Made by a program: the position numbers and the translations under genes. Under the pieces are notes generated by a model. That model had not been told where the DNA came from. It saw only the letters and a program-made list of their open reading frames with translations, and ran no database searches. From assembly GCA_963843575.1 (NCBI GenBank), contig CAWJKZ010000017.1, positions 32,001 to 96,000 of the forward strand: DNA of 64,000 bases, in the 5' to 3' direction. Positions 19,754-29,679 of this stretch are shown here, in pieces. The first letter of the stretch is position 1. Each line of letters starts with the position of its first letter. The stretch is from an uncultured Acidobacteriota bacterium. GTDB taxonomy: Bacteria; Acidobacteriota; UBA6911.

Positions 19754-20632
19754 TCAGACACGCTTCAGGTTGGCCAGCGCTTCCTTGGCCCACGTGGCGT
19801 ATTCCGGGCGCTGCTGCAGGTTCTCGACCCGGAAGATCCTCAGGCCGCAGAGCTTCCCCTCATTGATGTCCTTAACGAAGAAGTCCAGTAGCTGCTTGTA
19901 TTCCTGCTCACTCAGCCAGCGGCGTTCGCTCCCCGCATTCAGGTAAACCGATCCCATCAGGGGCTTCCCCTCGAACTTCTTCAAACCCTGGTCGAGGAGC
20001 TTCGCGTGGTCCTGCAGCACTTTCGTGTTGTAGAAACTGAAGATGATCGCATCGATATCGTAATCGAAGTTTCGTTCCAGTTCCTTGGGCGGGTAGCAGG
20101 GAACCCAGATCGGCAGTTTCGGGTTGATCGATTTGGCCTTGGCGATGATCTGCCGGAACTCCTTTTCGGAGTGCCCGCCCTTCTGCACTTCATCCATCTC
20201 CTCGATGAAGTCGTTGAGGTACAGGCCGATGATCTCGGGGTGGCTCCGGGAGAGGTCGGCGATCCACTCGGCGTGTGCCATGGCCTGATCGAACTTCCAG
20301 CCCCAGATACCCCGTTCGATCTTGGCGATGACATACTTCACGCCCGGCGTGCGGCTGTGCGTGTACATCAGGGTTTCTTCGAACTTCTGGCCCGTGTAGG
20401 GCTTGTCGTGTGTCCAGACGGTGTTGAACCCGACCTCTCTGATGGTAGGGGCGATGTCTACTTTCGCGCTGTGCTCCCAGACGGAAATCAAGGGCTCCGA
20501 CGGGATCTTGGCCAATTGGGGCGCGACCGCAGAGCGCTCGGAACGGCAGAGTGGCGCCATGAGGGCGCCGCCCGCAATTTGCAGGACGCTGCGCCTGCTG
20601 AGGAATTTCTGCGCGCGGTCGGATGAGTTCAT
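19754..20632 (-). CDS. Tat-exported hypothetical protein (TIM-barrel-like)
   Basis: SRRSVL Tat motif; GFNTVW, IIGLYLNDF, KSINPKLPIW; GGAGAGG RBS. Confidence 0.75.
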   Translation of the reverse strand: MNSSDRAQKFLSRRSVLQIAGGALMAPLCRSERSAVAPQLAKIPSEPLISVWEHSAKVDIAPTIREVGFNTVWTHDKPYTGQKFEETLMYTHSRTPGVKYVIAKIERGIWGWKFDQAMAHAEWIADLSRSHPEIIGLYLNDFIEEMDEVQKGGHSEKEFRQIIAKAKSINPKLPIWVPCYPPKELERNFDYDIDAIIFSFYNTKVLQDHAKLLDQGLKKFEGKPLMGSVYLNAGSERRWLSEQEYKQLLDFFVKDINEGKLCGLRIFRVENLQQRPEYATWAKEALANLKRV

Positions 20633-20785
20633 AAATAGCCTCTCCTTGGTTCGATTCGGGTCACTTGGGCGGGAGTGAAGAGCCACAACCCGCCGGGTTC
20701 GGGCGACCCGAGTATACACCCGGGACGCACTAGGGACGCCGGCCCGCAGGTTGCGCTTGGTTCGGCATCCCTCCGTAGCAGGCTC

Positions 20786-20870
20786 TTCTGAGGTTCTTCG
20801 AGTGCTTCGAGAAGTCTTGGAGGTGAGTTCTGGAAACCCACCTCCAAGACTCCAGGGCACCTCAAAACTC
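20786..20870. repeat. Repeat family E (TTCGAG/CTCGAA ~9-10-bp periodic arms around a GGAGGTG/CACCTCC stem)
   Basis: Homologous to 8763-8781 plus 8931-8997 and to about 22826-22893. Confidence 0.6.
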
Positions 20871-20936
20871 GCGGCCGACCGCCGGCGGGGCCCGCGTTTT
20901 CGTGGTCAGGCGCGATTCGGGCCGGTATGATGGTTA

Positions 20937-21902
20937 GTGTTTCGCGCGCTGCCGCGGAGTGTCGTGATGTCTGTCGCCGTCGTGATTGTTCTCTCGTTGT
21001 GCGGTTTCCTGCAGGGGGCCCAGCTGCCGGCCCCGAAACCTGCTCCTGCCGAGGTGAGGCCTGAAGTCATACCCTATCTGCACGCGAGATCTGTCGTCGA
21101 TTTCTCCAGGCAGGAACTTGTCGCGCTGATGCCCGAGCTGAAAACCCTGGAGTTCACCGACTCGCAGCAGGAGCTTGCCACCCTGCTGGAGAAGTCGGGA
21201 GCCAACGTGGAGGCATTTTTCAGGGACTTCCCGAACACGAGCGCCCTGGAAAACGTGAATTACGAAAGGGAGGCGCCGGGACGCACCGATGGGCAGTACC
21301 TGAAGCGGCGCTACCACTACATCATCACCGCCCCCACAAGCCCGGACGAGCTCGCCTTCGAGGAGTTCCGAACCGACCTGAAAGACGAGTCGCTCAATCC
21401 CGACGAACTGAAGGGCGCCTACCTGCTCACGTCCGGGCACGCGAGCTCCCCGATTTACTTTCACCCGAGGGCCAGGCCGGGGTGCGCCTTCCGTTATCTG
21501 GGCCGCGACAGAAGCGGCCGTCGCGCCCACGCGGTGGCTTTCGCGCAGAACGCGGAGGTTGCGCAGACTACCGGGTCCATCAACCTGCTCGGAACCGAAG
21601 TGCTGCTCTATGTCCAGGGGGTGGCCTGGATCGACCCCGACAGCTTCCAGATCCTGAAAATGCGCCTGGATCTGCTGGTGCCGCGCACGGACGTCGGGCT
21701 CGAGCAGCACACCACCTGGATAGAATTCGAGGAGGTTAGATTCGACAACGCTTCCCGGACCCTCTGGCTCCCCCGCGAGGTGCGGATTCTTATCGTCTGG
21801 AAAGGTTGGAGGTTCGCGAACCGGCACGGCTACAGCCAGTACCGGCTCTTTTCGGTGGAAAGCCGCGACGGCGACAAGCAGATCCTCCGCCCGAAGCCGT
21901 GA
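20937..21902 (+). CDS. Secreted hypothetical protein (acidobacterial LolA/MucB-like beta domain)
   Basis: Signal peptide; QGVAWIDPDSFQILKMRLDL, LWLPREVRI, NRHGYSQYRLF. Confidence 0.7.
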   Translation: MFRALPRSVVMSVAVVIVLSLCGFLQGAQLPAPKPAPAEVRPEVIPYLHARSVVDFSRQELVALMPELKTLEFTDSQQELATLLEKSGANVEAFFRDFPNTSALENVNYEREAPGRTDGQYLKRRYHYIITAPTSPDELAFEEFRTDLKDESLNPDELKGAYLLTSGHASSPIYFHPRARPGCAFRYLGRDRSGRRAHAVAFAQNAEVAQTTGSINLLGTEVLLYVQGVAWIDPDSFQILKMRLDLLVPRTDVGLEQHTTWIEFEEVRFDNASRTLWLPREVRILIVWKGWRFANRHGYSQYRLFSVESRDGDKQILRPKP

Positions 21903-21959
21903 CGCCGTGTGCCCGGGAGGACGCTCGAAACAGCCGGCCGGCGGGGATTGGAGAGTGCG

Positions 21960-22718
21960 ATGCGCGATCCGACGGAGAGATTTTCCGACCGGGTGGGTGC
22001 CTATGTGCGGAGTCGTCCCTCGTACCCGCGCGGGATCATCGAACTCCTGCGTTCGGGATGCGGGCTCTGTCCCGCATCCGTGGTCGTCGACGCGGGTTCC
22101 GGGACCGGGATCTTCACCCGGCTGCTGCTCGCGACCGGCTGCACCGTGATTGCCGTGGAGCCGAACGCCGCGATGCGCCAGGAGGCCGAGCGCCTGCTCG
22201 GGCCGGCTTCCGGTTTCCGCAGTGTGGACGGGACCGCGGAGAACACCGCGCTTGGCACGGCCAGTGTCGACATCGTAACCGCGACCCAGGCGTTCCACTG
22301 GTTCGACCGGGAACGAGCGCGGCGCGAATTCAGCCGCATTCTGCGTCCCGGCGGCTGGGTCGCTGTGGCTTGGAACCAGCGCCTGAAGGATGCCGACCCG
22401 TTTCACGCCGGGTACGAGCGGCTCTTGCGAAAGTGGGGCACCGACTACGACCGGGTCGACCACAGCCGCATCGGGGAAGAGGACCTGAAACGGTTTTTCC
22501 TGCCGCACCCCTGCTGGGCCGGGGCATTCGACAACGCCCAGACTCTCGACCGTGATGGATTGAGGGACCGGCTGCTGTCGTCGTCTTTCGCCCCGAACAC
22601 CGGCTCCCCGAACTGCGCGCCCATGCTGGCTGAGCTGGACGCCCTCTTCCGGGAGCACGCGCGGGAGGGGAGTGTGGTGATGCGCTACCGCACCGTCATC
22701 TACTACGGACGGCTTTAG
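21960..22718 (+). CDS. Class I SAM-dependent methyltransferase
   Basis: RFSDRVGAYVRSRPSYP, VVDAGSGTG, AVEPN, QAFHWFD, RILRPGG. Confidence 0.92.
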   Translation: MRDPTERFSDRVGAYVRSRPSYPRGIIELLRSGCGLCPASVVVDAGSGTGIFTRLLLATGCTVIAVEPNAAMRQEAERLLGPASGFRSVDGTAENTALGTASVDIVTATQAFHWFDRERARREFSRILRPGGWVAVAWNQRLKDADPFHAGYERLLRKWGTDYDRVDHSRIGEEDLKRFFLPHPCWAGAFDNAQTLDRDGLRDRLLSSSFAPNTGSPNCAPMLAELDALFREHAREGSVVMRYRTVIYYGRL

Positions 22719-22939
22719 GCAGCCCTCCCGCGGCGGCTTTCGCCGTTCCTGCGCGGTCCGTCTACCAGGGCGATACAAGTGCATGCCCGACCTGGCGTAT
22801 CGGGAGTGAGGGTGCCGCGCCCCCTCTTTGAGAATCTTCGAGCCCCTTGGAGGTCGAAAACAAAGACTCGAAGGTCTCCAGGAATCTCGAGGCGCTCCGG
22901 CAAATCCAGGGTGCCTTCAGGCGTACGTCCGTTCCAACC

Positions 22940-23284
22940 TCACCACCGGCGCCGGTCATTCCGGAAGCGGTCGCGGCCGCGGTAGCCGGAATCGTAGCCC
23001 TGCCGATACCCGGCGCTGTATCCCCGGTTGAAGTCCCCGGGACGACCGTAGCGCCCGTCGTAAAACGAGTCGCGCCGGGTAAAGCCCCTGAACCTCGGGT
23101 TGTAACGCAAACCTGCACGGTAATCGCGGTTGCCCTGCCGCAAACCGTCCCGGTAGCCATCCTCGTAGCCCGCACTGTAAGCGGGGTTCCGGTTTCCATC
23201 CCTCGGGTATCGCTCGCGAAACTGTGCCGCCGCAGGAAGGGCGGCGAGAAGCACGAGCATCACAGCCTTCGCCGTGGCCTGCAT
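22940..23284 (-). CDS. Small secreted Gly/Tyr/Arg-rich protein with GYxxGY repeats
   Basis: Signal peptide ending AAA-Q; AGYEDGYRDG and GYSAGYRQGYDSGY; GGAGG RBS. Confidence 0.7.
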   Translation of the reverse strand: MQATAKAVMLVLLAALPAAAQFRERYPRDGNRNPAYSAGYEDGYRDGLRQGNRDYRAGLRYNPRFRGFTRRDSFYDGRYGRPGDFNRGYSAGYRQGYDSGYRGRDRFRNDRRRW

Positions 23285-23383
23285 AACGCCCTCCGTGATT
23301 TGAGTCCTGATAGTTGGAGTTTCGCGGGCGTCACATGGTTCAATCGCTCGTGCTGCGCCCGGAAACGGCGCGGCACGGCCGGG

Positions 23384-23869
23384 TCAACGGAAGGCCAGGC
23401 CGACGCGGAAGAGATAGGTGTGCGGGCTGTCGCTGGAGAAGATGAAATCGCGGAACTCCACGCGCAACGCGACCCGCTCCCGCAGCCAGTACTGGATTCC
23501 GCCGCCGAAGCTGCCGCCCCCCGCACTGCCCCGGGCGCGAAATGCGACGGCGCCCCCTCCGACCGCAAACGGCACCAGCCGGCGGCCCGCGTCGCGCCCA
23601 CCGAAGTGGTAGGAGACGTCTGCCGAAGCCAGTCCCACGCCGTTGCCGCCGGAGTGCGCAAGATACCCCAGCTCGCCTCCGAGACCCAAACCGCGGCCCG
23701 CCAGCAACGTGCCGCCCCCTCCAAGATTGAAGGCAGCCGGTCCACCGTCCGAGAGAAAGCCCGCGCCTGTGAAAGCATAGACCCAACCGTGACGGTCCCC
23801 TGCAGACTGCGCGCCGGACCAGGCGGGAAGAGTCAGGACAGCAAGAACAGCGAGCGCGGTTTTGCGCAT
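23384..23869 (-). CDS. Small outer-membrane beta-barrel protein
   Basis: Signal peptide; LVPFAVGGG, GGGIQYWL, LRVEFRD, C-terminal RVGLAFR. Confidence 0.8.
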   Translation of the reverse strand: MRKTALAVLAVLTLPAWSGAQSAGDRHGWVYAFTGAGFLSDGGPAAFNLGGGGTLLAGRGLGLGGELGYLAHSGGNGVGLASADVSYHFGGRDAGRRLVPFAVGGGAVAFRARGSAGGGSFGGGIQYWLRERVALRVEFRDFIFSSDSPHTYLFRVGLAFR

Positions 23870-23892
23870 GGCGTCACCTCCGGGCATACCTC

Positions 23893-23908
23893 AGCAACAC
23901 GCGTGCCA
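23893..23908 (-). promoter_or_regulatory. sigma54 -24/-12 promoter
   Basis: Minus strand TGGCACGCGTGTTGCT is an exact TGGCACG-N4-TTGCT consensus just upstream of the GGAGG RBS of 23869. Confidence 0.75.
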
Positions 23909-24077
23909 GAGGGTAAACGCAGCACCGCAGCGCCTGTGGCGAACGGTCGCGGGATCCGTGGAGCAAGAATGTCCACCGGGTGCCGAAGTTCTTGTCGGTG
24001 GGCCCGAAGTTCAAATATCCAGGACGCGGATTGGCGCGGACGCACGCGGATGTCGAACCGGAGGCAGGCCGCGTTGA

Positions 24078-24767
24078 CTAGTGGCCAGCTCCATCCCAGG
24101 TCTTGGCTTCTGTCGCACCACCGCGCGTCACGCGGCGCCGATCAACCCAATAGGCCCAGATGACGAAAAGCCACGCCCCATTCCCGACGAGCGCAAGGAC
24201 CTGCGTGTCCGGGGGTGGCGCGCCACGCGCGTTGAGGGCGTAGATCACGGCGAGGACGCCCACCAGGCTCCAGAATCCGTAAGTGCCCGCCCGGTCCTTC
24301 CCCCGTGTCGCCCCGGCATACAGGGCAACGCCTGCGACGAAGAGCGCCGACTCGACGAGCAGCGTTCCCGGGATCGAGTTCCACAGCCCGAGCCCGAGCC
24401 TCGGGCCGCCGGGCCACAACGGCAGGTCGGGCCGGTGCGTCAGGTAATCAAGGACCCAGTGGCTGAATACGCACAGCGTGACGACCTGCGCCCCGCGCCC
24501 GTAGCGTCGAAGACAATAATAAAGGGCGCCGAACAGCACCGCCCAGGCCATCGCCCCTACCAGGCTGTGCGAGATCGGGTAGTCATAGAAATCGAGGGGC
24601 GTGAACGAGGTGTTTCCCGGGTCGATCCTGACATGCTCCACGCCCGCAACCAGCAGGACGGGCCAGAGCAGATCGACGAACTGGGCCGCCAGCATCAGTG
24701 TGCCGAGCGAGGCTCGCGGCGCGGTCTTTTTGGCCGCGAGCGCCACCGCGTAGTGTCCGAGGAACAT
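24078..24767 (-). CDS. Membrane-bound metal-dependent hydrolase (YdjM-like)
   Basis: MFLGHY, FVDLLWP, ISHSL, SHWVLDYLTHRPDLP; multiple TM helices. Confidence 0.85.
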   Translation of the reverse strand: MFLGHYAVALAAKKTAPRASLGTLMLAAQFVDLLWPVLLVAGVEHVRIDPGNTSFTPLDFYDYPISHSLVGAMAWAVLFGALYYCLRRYGRGAQVVTLCVFSHWVLDYLTHRPDLPLWPGGPRLGLGLWNSIPGTLLVESALFVAGVALYAGATRGKDRAGTYGFWSLVGVLAVIYALNARGAPPPDTQVLALVGNGAWLFVIWAYWVDRRRVTRGGATEAKTWDGAGH

Positions 24768-24825
24768 GGCCAGACGTCATATCACAGCTCACCGCCCGAT
24801 GTACATCGCTGCAGGGCTTCCTTGC

Positions 24826-24940
24826 AGCATCCCGCGATTCGGTGTGGCGCCGAGGCGCCAGGCATTCCGGCCGTCGGACATAAACAAAAGCGGCGCCGAG
24901 GCTGCCGAGGCGCCGCACTCCAGATTGGCGCAGTCGTCCA
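24826..24940 (-). repeat. Repeat family C (GGAGTGCGGCGCCTCGGCGCCGCTTT, ~110 bp)
   Basis: Inverted homologue of 43210-43320; partial copies near 29323, 57630, 60345-60400 and 60505-60578. Confidence 0.75.
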
Positions 24941-25016
24941 GGCGCCAATCGTTTAACAGTTAATCGTTGGAGAGCCCTGGAAGCCCGGGTAATATTTAGT
25001 TCGAGGATCGCTCGGG

Positions 25017-27287
25017 GTGGTTCTGCCGGACAAAATTGGTCACTACAGGATTGTGCGCAAGCTCGGGGAGGGCGGCATGGGTGTGGTCTATGCTGCCGAG
25101 GACGAGAATCTCGGCCGCTCGGTCGCCCTGAAGATGATCCAGCGGGCACGCGGCAACGAGTTGGCCCGGCGGCGCTTCTGGCGCGAGGCGCGGGCTGCCG
25201 CAAGGGTAAGCCACCCGAACATTTGCCACATCTACGATGTCGGGGAGCACGACGGCGAACTCTTCCTCGCAATGGAGTTCCTGCAGGGTGAGTCGCTCGG
25301 TTCGGTGATCGCCAGATCGCCGCTCCCGGTCTCCGAGGCGTTGCGCTTGATGGTGCAGATCCTGGAGGCGCTCGAGGCCATCCACGCCTGCGGCCTGGTG
25401 CACCGCGACCTGAAGCCCTCCAACATCTTCATCACGCCGACCGGCCCGAAGATACTGGATTTCGGCCTGGCCCGCATCGACGAGCCGGGCGTGGAGCTGA
25501 CCAAGACGGAGCTTACACTGCCGGGGGTCATGCTTGGCACCCCGCAATACATGGCGCCGGAGCGGCTCAAGGGGGCCCCGGCGGACGCCCGGGCCGACAT
25601 CTTCGCCGCAGGGGCCGTCCTGTTCGAGGTGCTCACCGGGAAGCCCGCGTTCGGCGAGGGGAGCGTAATGGAGGTCCTGCACGCCGTAATGTATGAGCGG
25701 CCCGCGGTGCTGGGGGGCTCCCCCGCGATCGCGGCCGCGGACCGCATCATCCACCGAGCGTTGAGCAGAAATCCCGAAGACCGCTATGCCAGCGCGCGCG
25801 CCATGGCCGACGACGTGCGCCAGGCCCTGCAGCTCACGGACGCCGCGGAAACGGTGCGGGCGCGCCCCATGAGCCGGCTCATTGTGCTCCCCTTCCGCAT
25901 ACTGCGCTCGGATCCGGAGACCGATTTTCTCGCCTTCAGCCTGGCCGATGCCGTCACGAGCTCGCTGTCCGGGCTGGAGTCCCTCATCGTGCGCTCGAGC
26001 GTGTCGGCTTCACGCTACTCGGCCGAGACCCCCGACCTGGATGCGCTGGCCCAGCGCGCCGACGTGGATATCGTGCTGACGGGCACCTTGCTCCGTTCCG
26101 GCAGCCAGGTGCGCGTCAACGCCCAGCTGGTCGAGGCGCCCGGGGGAGCCGTCCTCTGGTCGATGACGTCTCAGGTCGAGCTGGGTGACGTCTTCCAGCT
26201 GCAGGATACCCTCACCCAGCGCATCGTGGACTCGCTCGCCGTCCCGCTGTCGGCCCGGGATCAGCGCATGCTCCGCAGCGACGTGCCCGGGACGGCCAAG
26301 GCGTACGAGTTTTACCTCCGGGCCAACCAGCTGGGGTACGAGCCGAAAAACTGGTCCCTGGCGCGCGACCTGTACCTCCGGTGCCTGGAGGAGGATCCGG
26401 GCTACGCACCGGCCTGGGCCCGGCTCGGACGCATCTATCGCGTGCTGGGCATGTATTCGGACGCCGATTCCGCCGAATGCTACCGACAATCGGATGCTGC
26501 CTTCAAACGGGCCTTGTCGTTGAATCCCGACCTGCCGCTTGCCCACAACCTCTACACCAATCTCGAGGTGGAGCTGGGCAACGCGCGCGAGGCGATGCTC
26601 CGGCTGCTCAAACGGGCACAGACCCACTCCGGCGACGCGGAGCTCTTCGCGGGGCTCGTGCAGGCCTGCCGCTACTGTGGGCTCCTGAAGGCGTCGGTCG
26701 CAGCCTACGAGCGCGCCCGGCGGCTGGATCCGGAGATTCGCACCAGCATCAACCACGCTTACCTGATGCTGGGGGAATACACTCGGTCGATCGAAAGCAA
26801 CGTGGAGGATCCTCCGACCCTCGATTCACTCGCACTCTGGCTGATGGGGCGGCGCGCCGACGCCGTCGCGCTACTGCGCAAGATCGAAGCGGGCACGCTC
26901 ACCCCGGGACACCGCCTGTTTGTCGTCGCCACCCGCGCGCTGCTCGAGGGCAACCGCACCCTGTGCTCCGAAGCCACGGCGCGCCTGCTCGAGGGATGGC
27001 GGCCGCGCGACCCCTGCCCGCTTTTCTACATGGCTCGGCACCTCTCGTTCCTGGGGGACCGGGAACGCGCCCTGACCGTTCTCGAGCAAGCGGTGGAGGG
27101 GGGGTTCTACCCCTATCGTTTTCTCTCCCGTGATCCATGGCTGGATACGCTGCGCGGCGAGACCCGGTTCGTGGCCATCGTGCGGCGGGCCGAGGCCCGC
27201 TACCGTGAGGCCCTGCACGCCTTCGCCCAGGCGGGCGGGGACAGGGTGCTCGGGCTCGGCAAGGCCGTTGAAGCCCTGTCGTCCTGA
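25017..27287 (+). CDS. Hanks-type Ser/Thr protein kinase with TolB_N/FlgO-like and TPR domains
   Basis: LGEGGMGVVY, VALK, HRDLKPSN, DFG, YMAPE; VLPF motif; AYEFYLRA; DPGYAPAWARL. Confidence 0.93.
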   Translation: MVLPDKIGHYRIVRKLGEGGMGVVYAAEDENLGRSVALKMIQRARGNELARRRFWREARAAARVSHPNICHIYDVGEHDGELFLAMEFLQGESLGSVIARSPLPVSEALRLMVQILEALEAIHACGLVHRDLKPSNIFITPTGPKILDFGLARIDEPGVELTKTELTLPGVMLGTPQYMAPERLKGAPADARADIFAAGAVLFEVLTGKPAFGEGSVMEVLHAVMYERPAVLGGSPAIAAADRIIHRALSRNPEDRYASARAMADDVRQALQLTDAAETVRARPMSRLIVLPFRILRSDPETDFLAFSLADAVTSSLSGLESLIVRSSVSASRYSAETPDLDALAQRADVDIVLTGTLLRSGSQVRVNAQLVEAPGGAVLWSMTSQVELGDVFQLQDTLTQRIVDSLAVPLSARDQRMLRSDVPGTAKAYEFYLRANQLGYEPKNWSLARDLYLRCLEEDPGYAPAWARLGRIYRVLGMYSDADSAECYRQSDAAFKRALSLNPDLPLAHNLYTNLEVELGNAREAMLRLLKRAQTHSGDAELFAGLVQACRYCGLLKASVAAYERARRLDPEIRTSINHAYLMLGEYTRSIESNVEDPPTLDSLALWLMGRRADAVALLRKIEAGTLTPGHRLFVVATRALLEGNRTLCSEATARLLEGWRPRDPCPLFYMARHLSFLGDRERALTVLEQAVEGGFYPYRFLSRDPWLDTLRGETRFVAIVRRAEARYREALHAFAQAGGDRVLGLGKAVEALSS

Positions 27288-27607
27288 GTCCTGGTGGGCC
27301 GCGGCGGCTCGACGCGGCCCAGAATCATCCTTAGTACCCGATTTCATAAACGCGCCAACGTATTCTCGGGATGGAGCTGTTCCCGAACAACACAGCAGGA
27401 CGCGGATTTCCGCTGATTTATCGGATCCACGCAGATCGGCCGCGCGCGACCGGCGGATTCACGGGAAGGTTCATAGATGAACGATGTATAGCGGGTCGAC
27501 CGGGCCGTCGTGCGGGGCGGTCCTGATGCCGGGTCCCGGTGTGCGCCGGTGCCATTTGTCCATCGACGTGATCCGGCCGACAACGAATCCTGTTATGCTA
27601 ACGGGCC

Positions 27608-28063
27608 ATGAACCAACTCGACATCTGCCCGGCCGACGACGAGGACAGGGAATGGGTGGCGGCGCTGCTCGCCGGATCGGAACCGTGGAAAACCCTGGGA
27701 GCGACGATCGACAAGTGCCGCGCCAGCTGCCACGATCCTGAGTACCTGGTCTATGTGGCGCGCAGCGACGGGCGGCGGTGCGGGGGCATGGTAATTCATC
27801 CCCGCGGGCTGGCGAGCTCCCCATACGTAAAATCCGTGGCAATCGCCGAAGGCTCTCGCAGCCGGGGTTTTGGAGCCCAGCTGCTGGATTTCGCTGAGAA
27901 CCTGTTCCGCGGGAAATCGCGGCACATCTTTCTGTGCGTTTCGTCCTTCAACACGCGCGCGAGGGCGTTTTACGAACGCCGCGGCTACTTTGCCGTTGGC
28001 GAGCTCGCGGACTACATCATCGAGGGCGCCTCGGAAACGATCCTGTGCAAGAGACTGGGATGA
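27608..28063 (+). CDS. GNAT family N-acetyltransferase
   Basis: SRSRGFGAQLL, FNTRARAFYERRGY. Confidence 0.88.
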   Translation: MNQLDICPADDEDREWVAALLAGSEPWKTLGATIDKCRASCHDPEYLVYVARSDGRRCGGMVIHPRGLASSPYVKSVAIAEGSRSRGFGAQLLDFAENLFRGKSRHIFLCVSSFNTRARAFYERRGYFAVGELADYIIEGASETILCKRLG

Positions 28064-29310
28064 TCCGCGAGCCGGGCCCGCGCGGGATCGTCGCGCTCCT
28101 CTGCGCCACCGCCACCGCGGGCTACGTCTGCCGCGTCAACGTGTCGACGGCGGGCGCTCTGATGATGACGGAGTTCGGCCTGGATCAGCCCGCCATGGGT
28201 CGGATTTTCAGCGCGTTCCTGCTCGGGTACGCGCTCTGCCAGATCCCGGGAGGCGCGGCAGCGGACCGCTGGGGGGCCCGCAAGACCCTCCGGGTAGCCG
28301 CCTGGCTGTGGGCCGCGATCACCGTCGCACACATCCTCGTCGGCTGGGGACCCTTTGCCACGGCGGCCGTGTCGGCGTCCGGCGCCCTGATGGCCGCCCG
28401 GTTCGTCCTTGGCGTTTCGGCGGCACCGACCTACCCGGCGTCGGCACAGGGGGTGGCGCGCTGGGTCCTGCCGTCACACCAGGGCCGGGCCAGCGGCGTC
28501 GTGATCGCATCGGTGGGGCTGGGCTCGGCGCTCGCGTCGCCGCTCGTTTCGAGCGTCATGGTCCGCTGGGGCTGGCGCACCGCCATCGCCGTTTCGGCAC
28601 TCCCCGCCCTGCTGGCCGCCGTCGTCTGGCTGCGGGTCCGCGAACCGCGTCCGGTTGCCCTCCAGGGAGCACCGCAGCCTGCCCAGGGAGTTCCGCCTCC
28701 GGCGCGGCGCGGTTCTTACTGGAACCGTAGCTTTGCCTTGCTGACCCTGAGCTACTCGCTTCAGGGGTATGTCGGCTACATTTTCGTATCCTGGTTCTAT
28801 CTCTACCTGGTCCAGGAGCGGGGCTTCGGCATGCTCGCGGGTGCATGGGTCAACAGCGTGTCCTGGCTGCTGTCGATAATCTCGATTCCAGCCGGAGGGA
28901 TGATATCGGACCGGCTGGCTGCGGGCGCCCTGGGATCGACCTGGGGCCGGCGCCTGGTGCCGGTTGCGGGGATGGCCGTTTCCGGGATCCTGATTTCGAT
29001 CGGCGCCCACACGAGCAGCCCGGCGCTTGCGGCCGTGACCCTCGCGCTGGCAACCGCCGCAGTGCTCTCGGTCGAAGGTCCGTTCTGGGCCATGATGATG
29101 AGGATTGCCGGGCCCGCCAGCGGGACGGCGGGGGGCGTCATGAACATGGGATGCAACCTCGGGGGCCTGATATCCCCGGTGTTGACCCCGGTACTCGCCT
29201 CCTGGATCGGCTGGGAGAATGCGCTTCATGTTGCCGCCGGCCTCGCACTCGTCGCGGCTGCGCTCTGGCTGGGCATTTCCCCGGACGCCCGCGCCGATTC
29301 CCACACCTAA
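28060..29310 (+). CDS. MFS transporter (anion:cation symporter-like)
   Basis: QIPGGAAADRWGARK motif A, ARFVLG; about 12 TM helices; ATGA overlap with the GNAT stop. Confidence 0.9.
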   Translation: MIREPGPRGIVALLCATATAGYVCRVNVSTAGALMMTEFGLDQPAMGRIFSAFLLGYALCQIPGGAAADRWGARKTLRVAAWLWAAITVAHILVGWGPFATAAVSASGALMAARFVLGVSAAPTYPASAQGVARWVLPSHQGRASGVVIASVGLGSALASPLVSSVMVRWGWRTAIAVSALPALLAAVVWLRVREPRPVALQGAPQPAQGVPPPARRGSYWNRSFALLTLSYSLQGYVGYIFVSWFYLYLVQERGFGMLAGAWVNSVSWLLSIISIPAGGMISDRLAAGALGSTWGRRLVPVAGMAVSGILISIGAHTSSPALAAVTLALATAAVLSVEGPFWAMMMRIAGPASGTAGGVMNMGCNLGGLISPVLTPVLASWIGWENALHVAAGLALVAAALWLGISPDARADSHT

Positions 29311-29679
29311 CGGGGGCCTCTTTGGAGTGCGGCGGCTCGACCGGCTCGGCGCCGCGGTACGCCGACATCCCCGATTTCGTCTGCCGGGCGTCACAACCAT
29401 TCTATCGAAGGTTTCCAGGACGCGGATTATCGCGGTTTCACGCGGATATCAGTGAATCGTCCGCGGAGATCCGCGTTCTGACGCGCCCTCGTCGATTGTG
29501 GAACCTGCGAAAAGTACGGCGACCAGGTCGCCCTTTGGTTCCGACGCCTGAACAGCGGAAAGCGTAATTTGCGTTGGCGGCATGAGTTCGGCTAGAATCC
29601 GGCGGAATCAGGAGCTCCGAAAACCGGTCCAAACAATCGTCGCCCGGGAAAAGTCGCATCCCGGCCAGAAACGGAAAAT

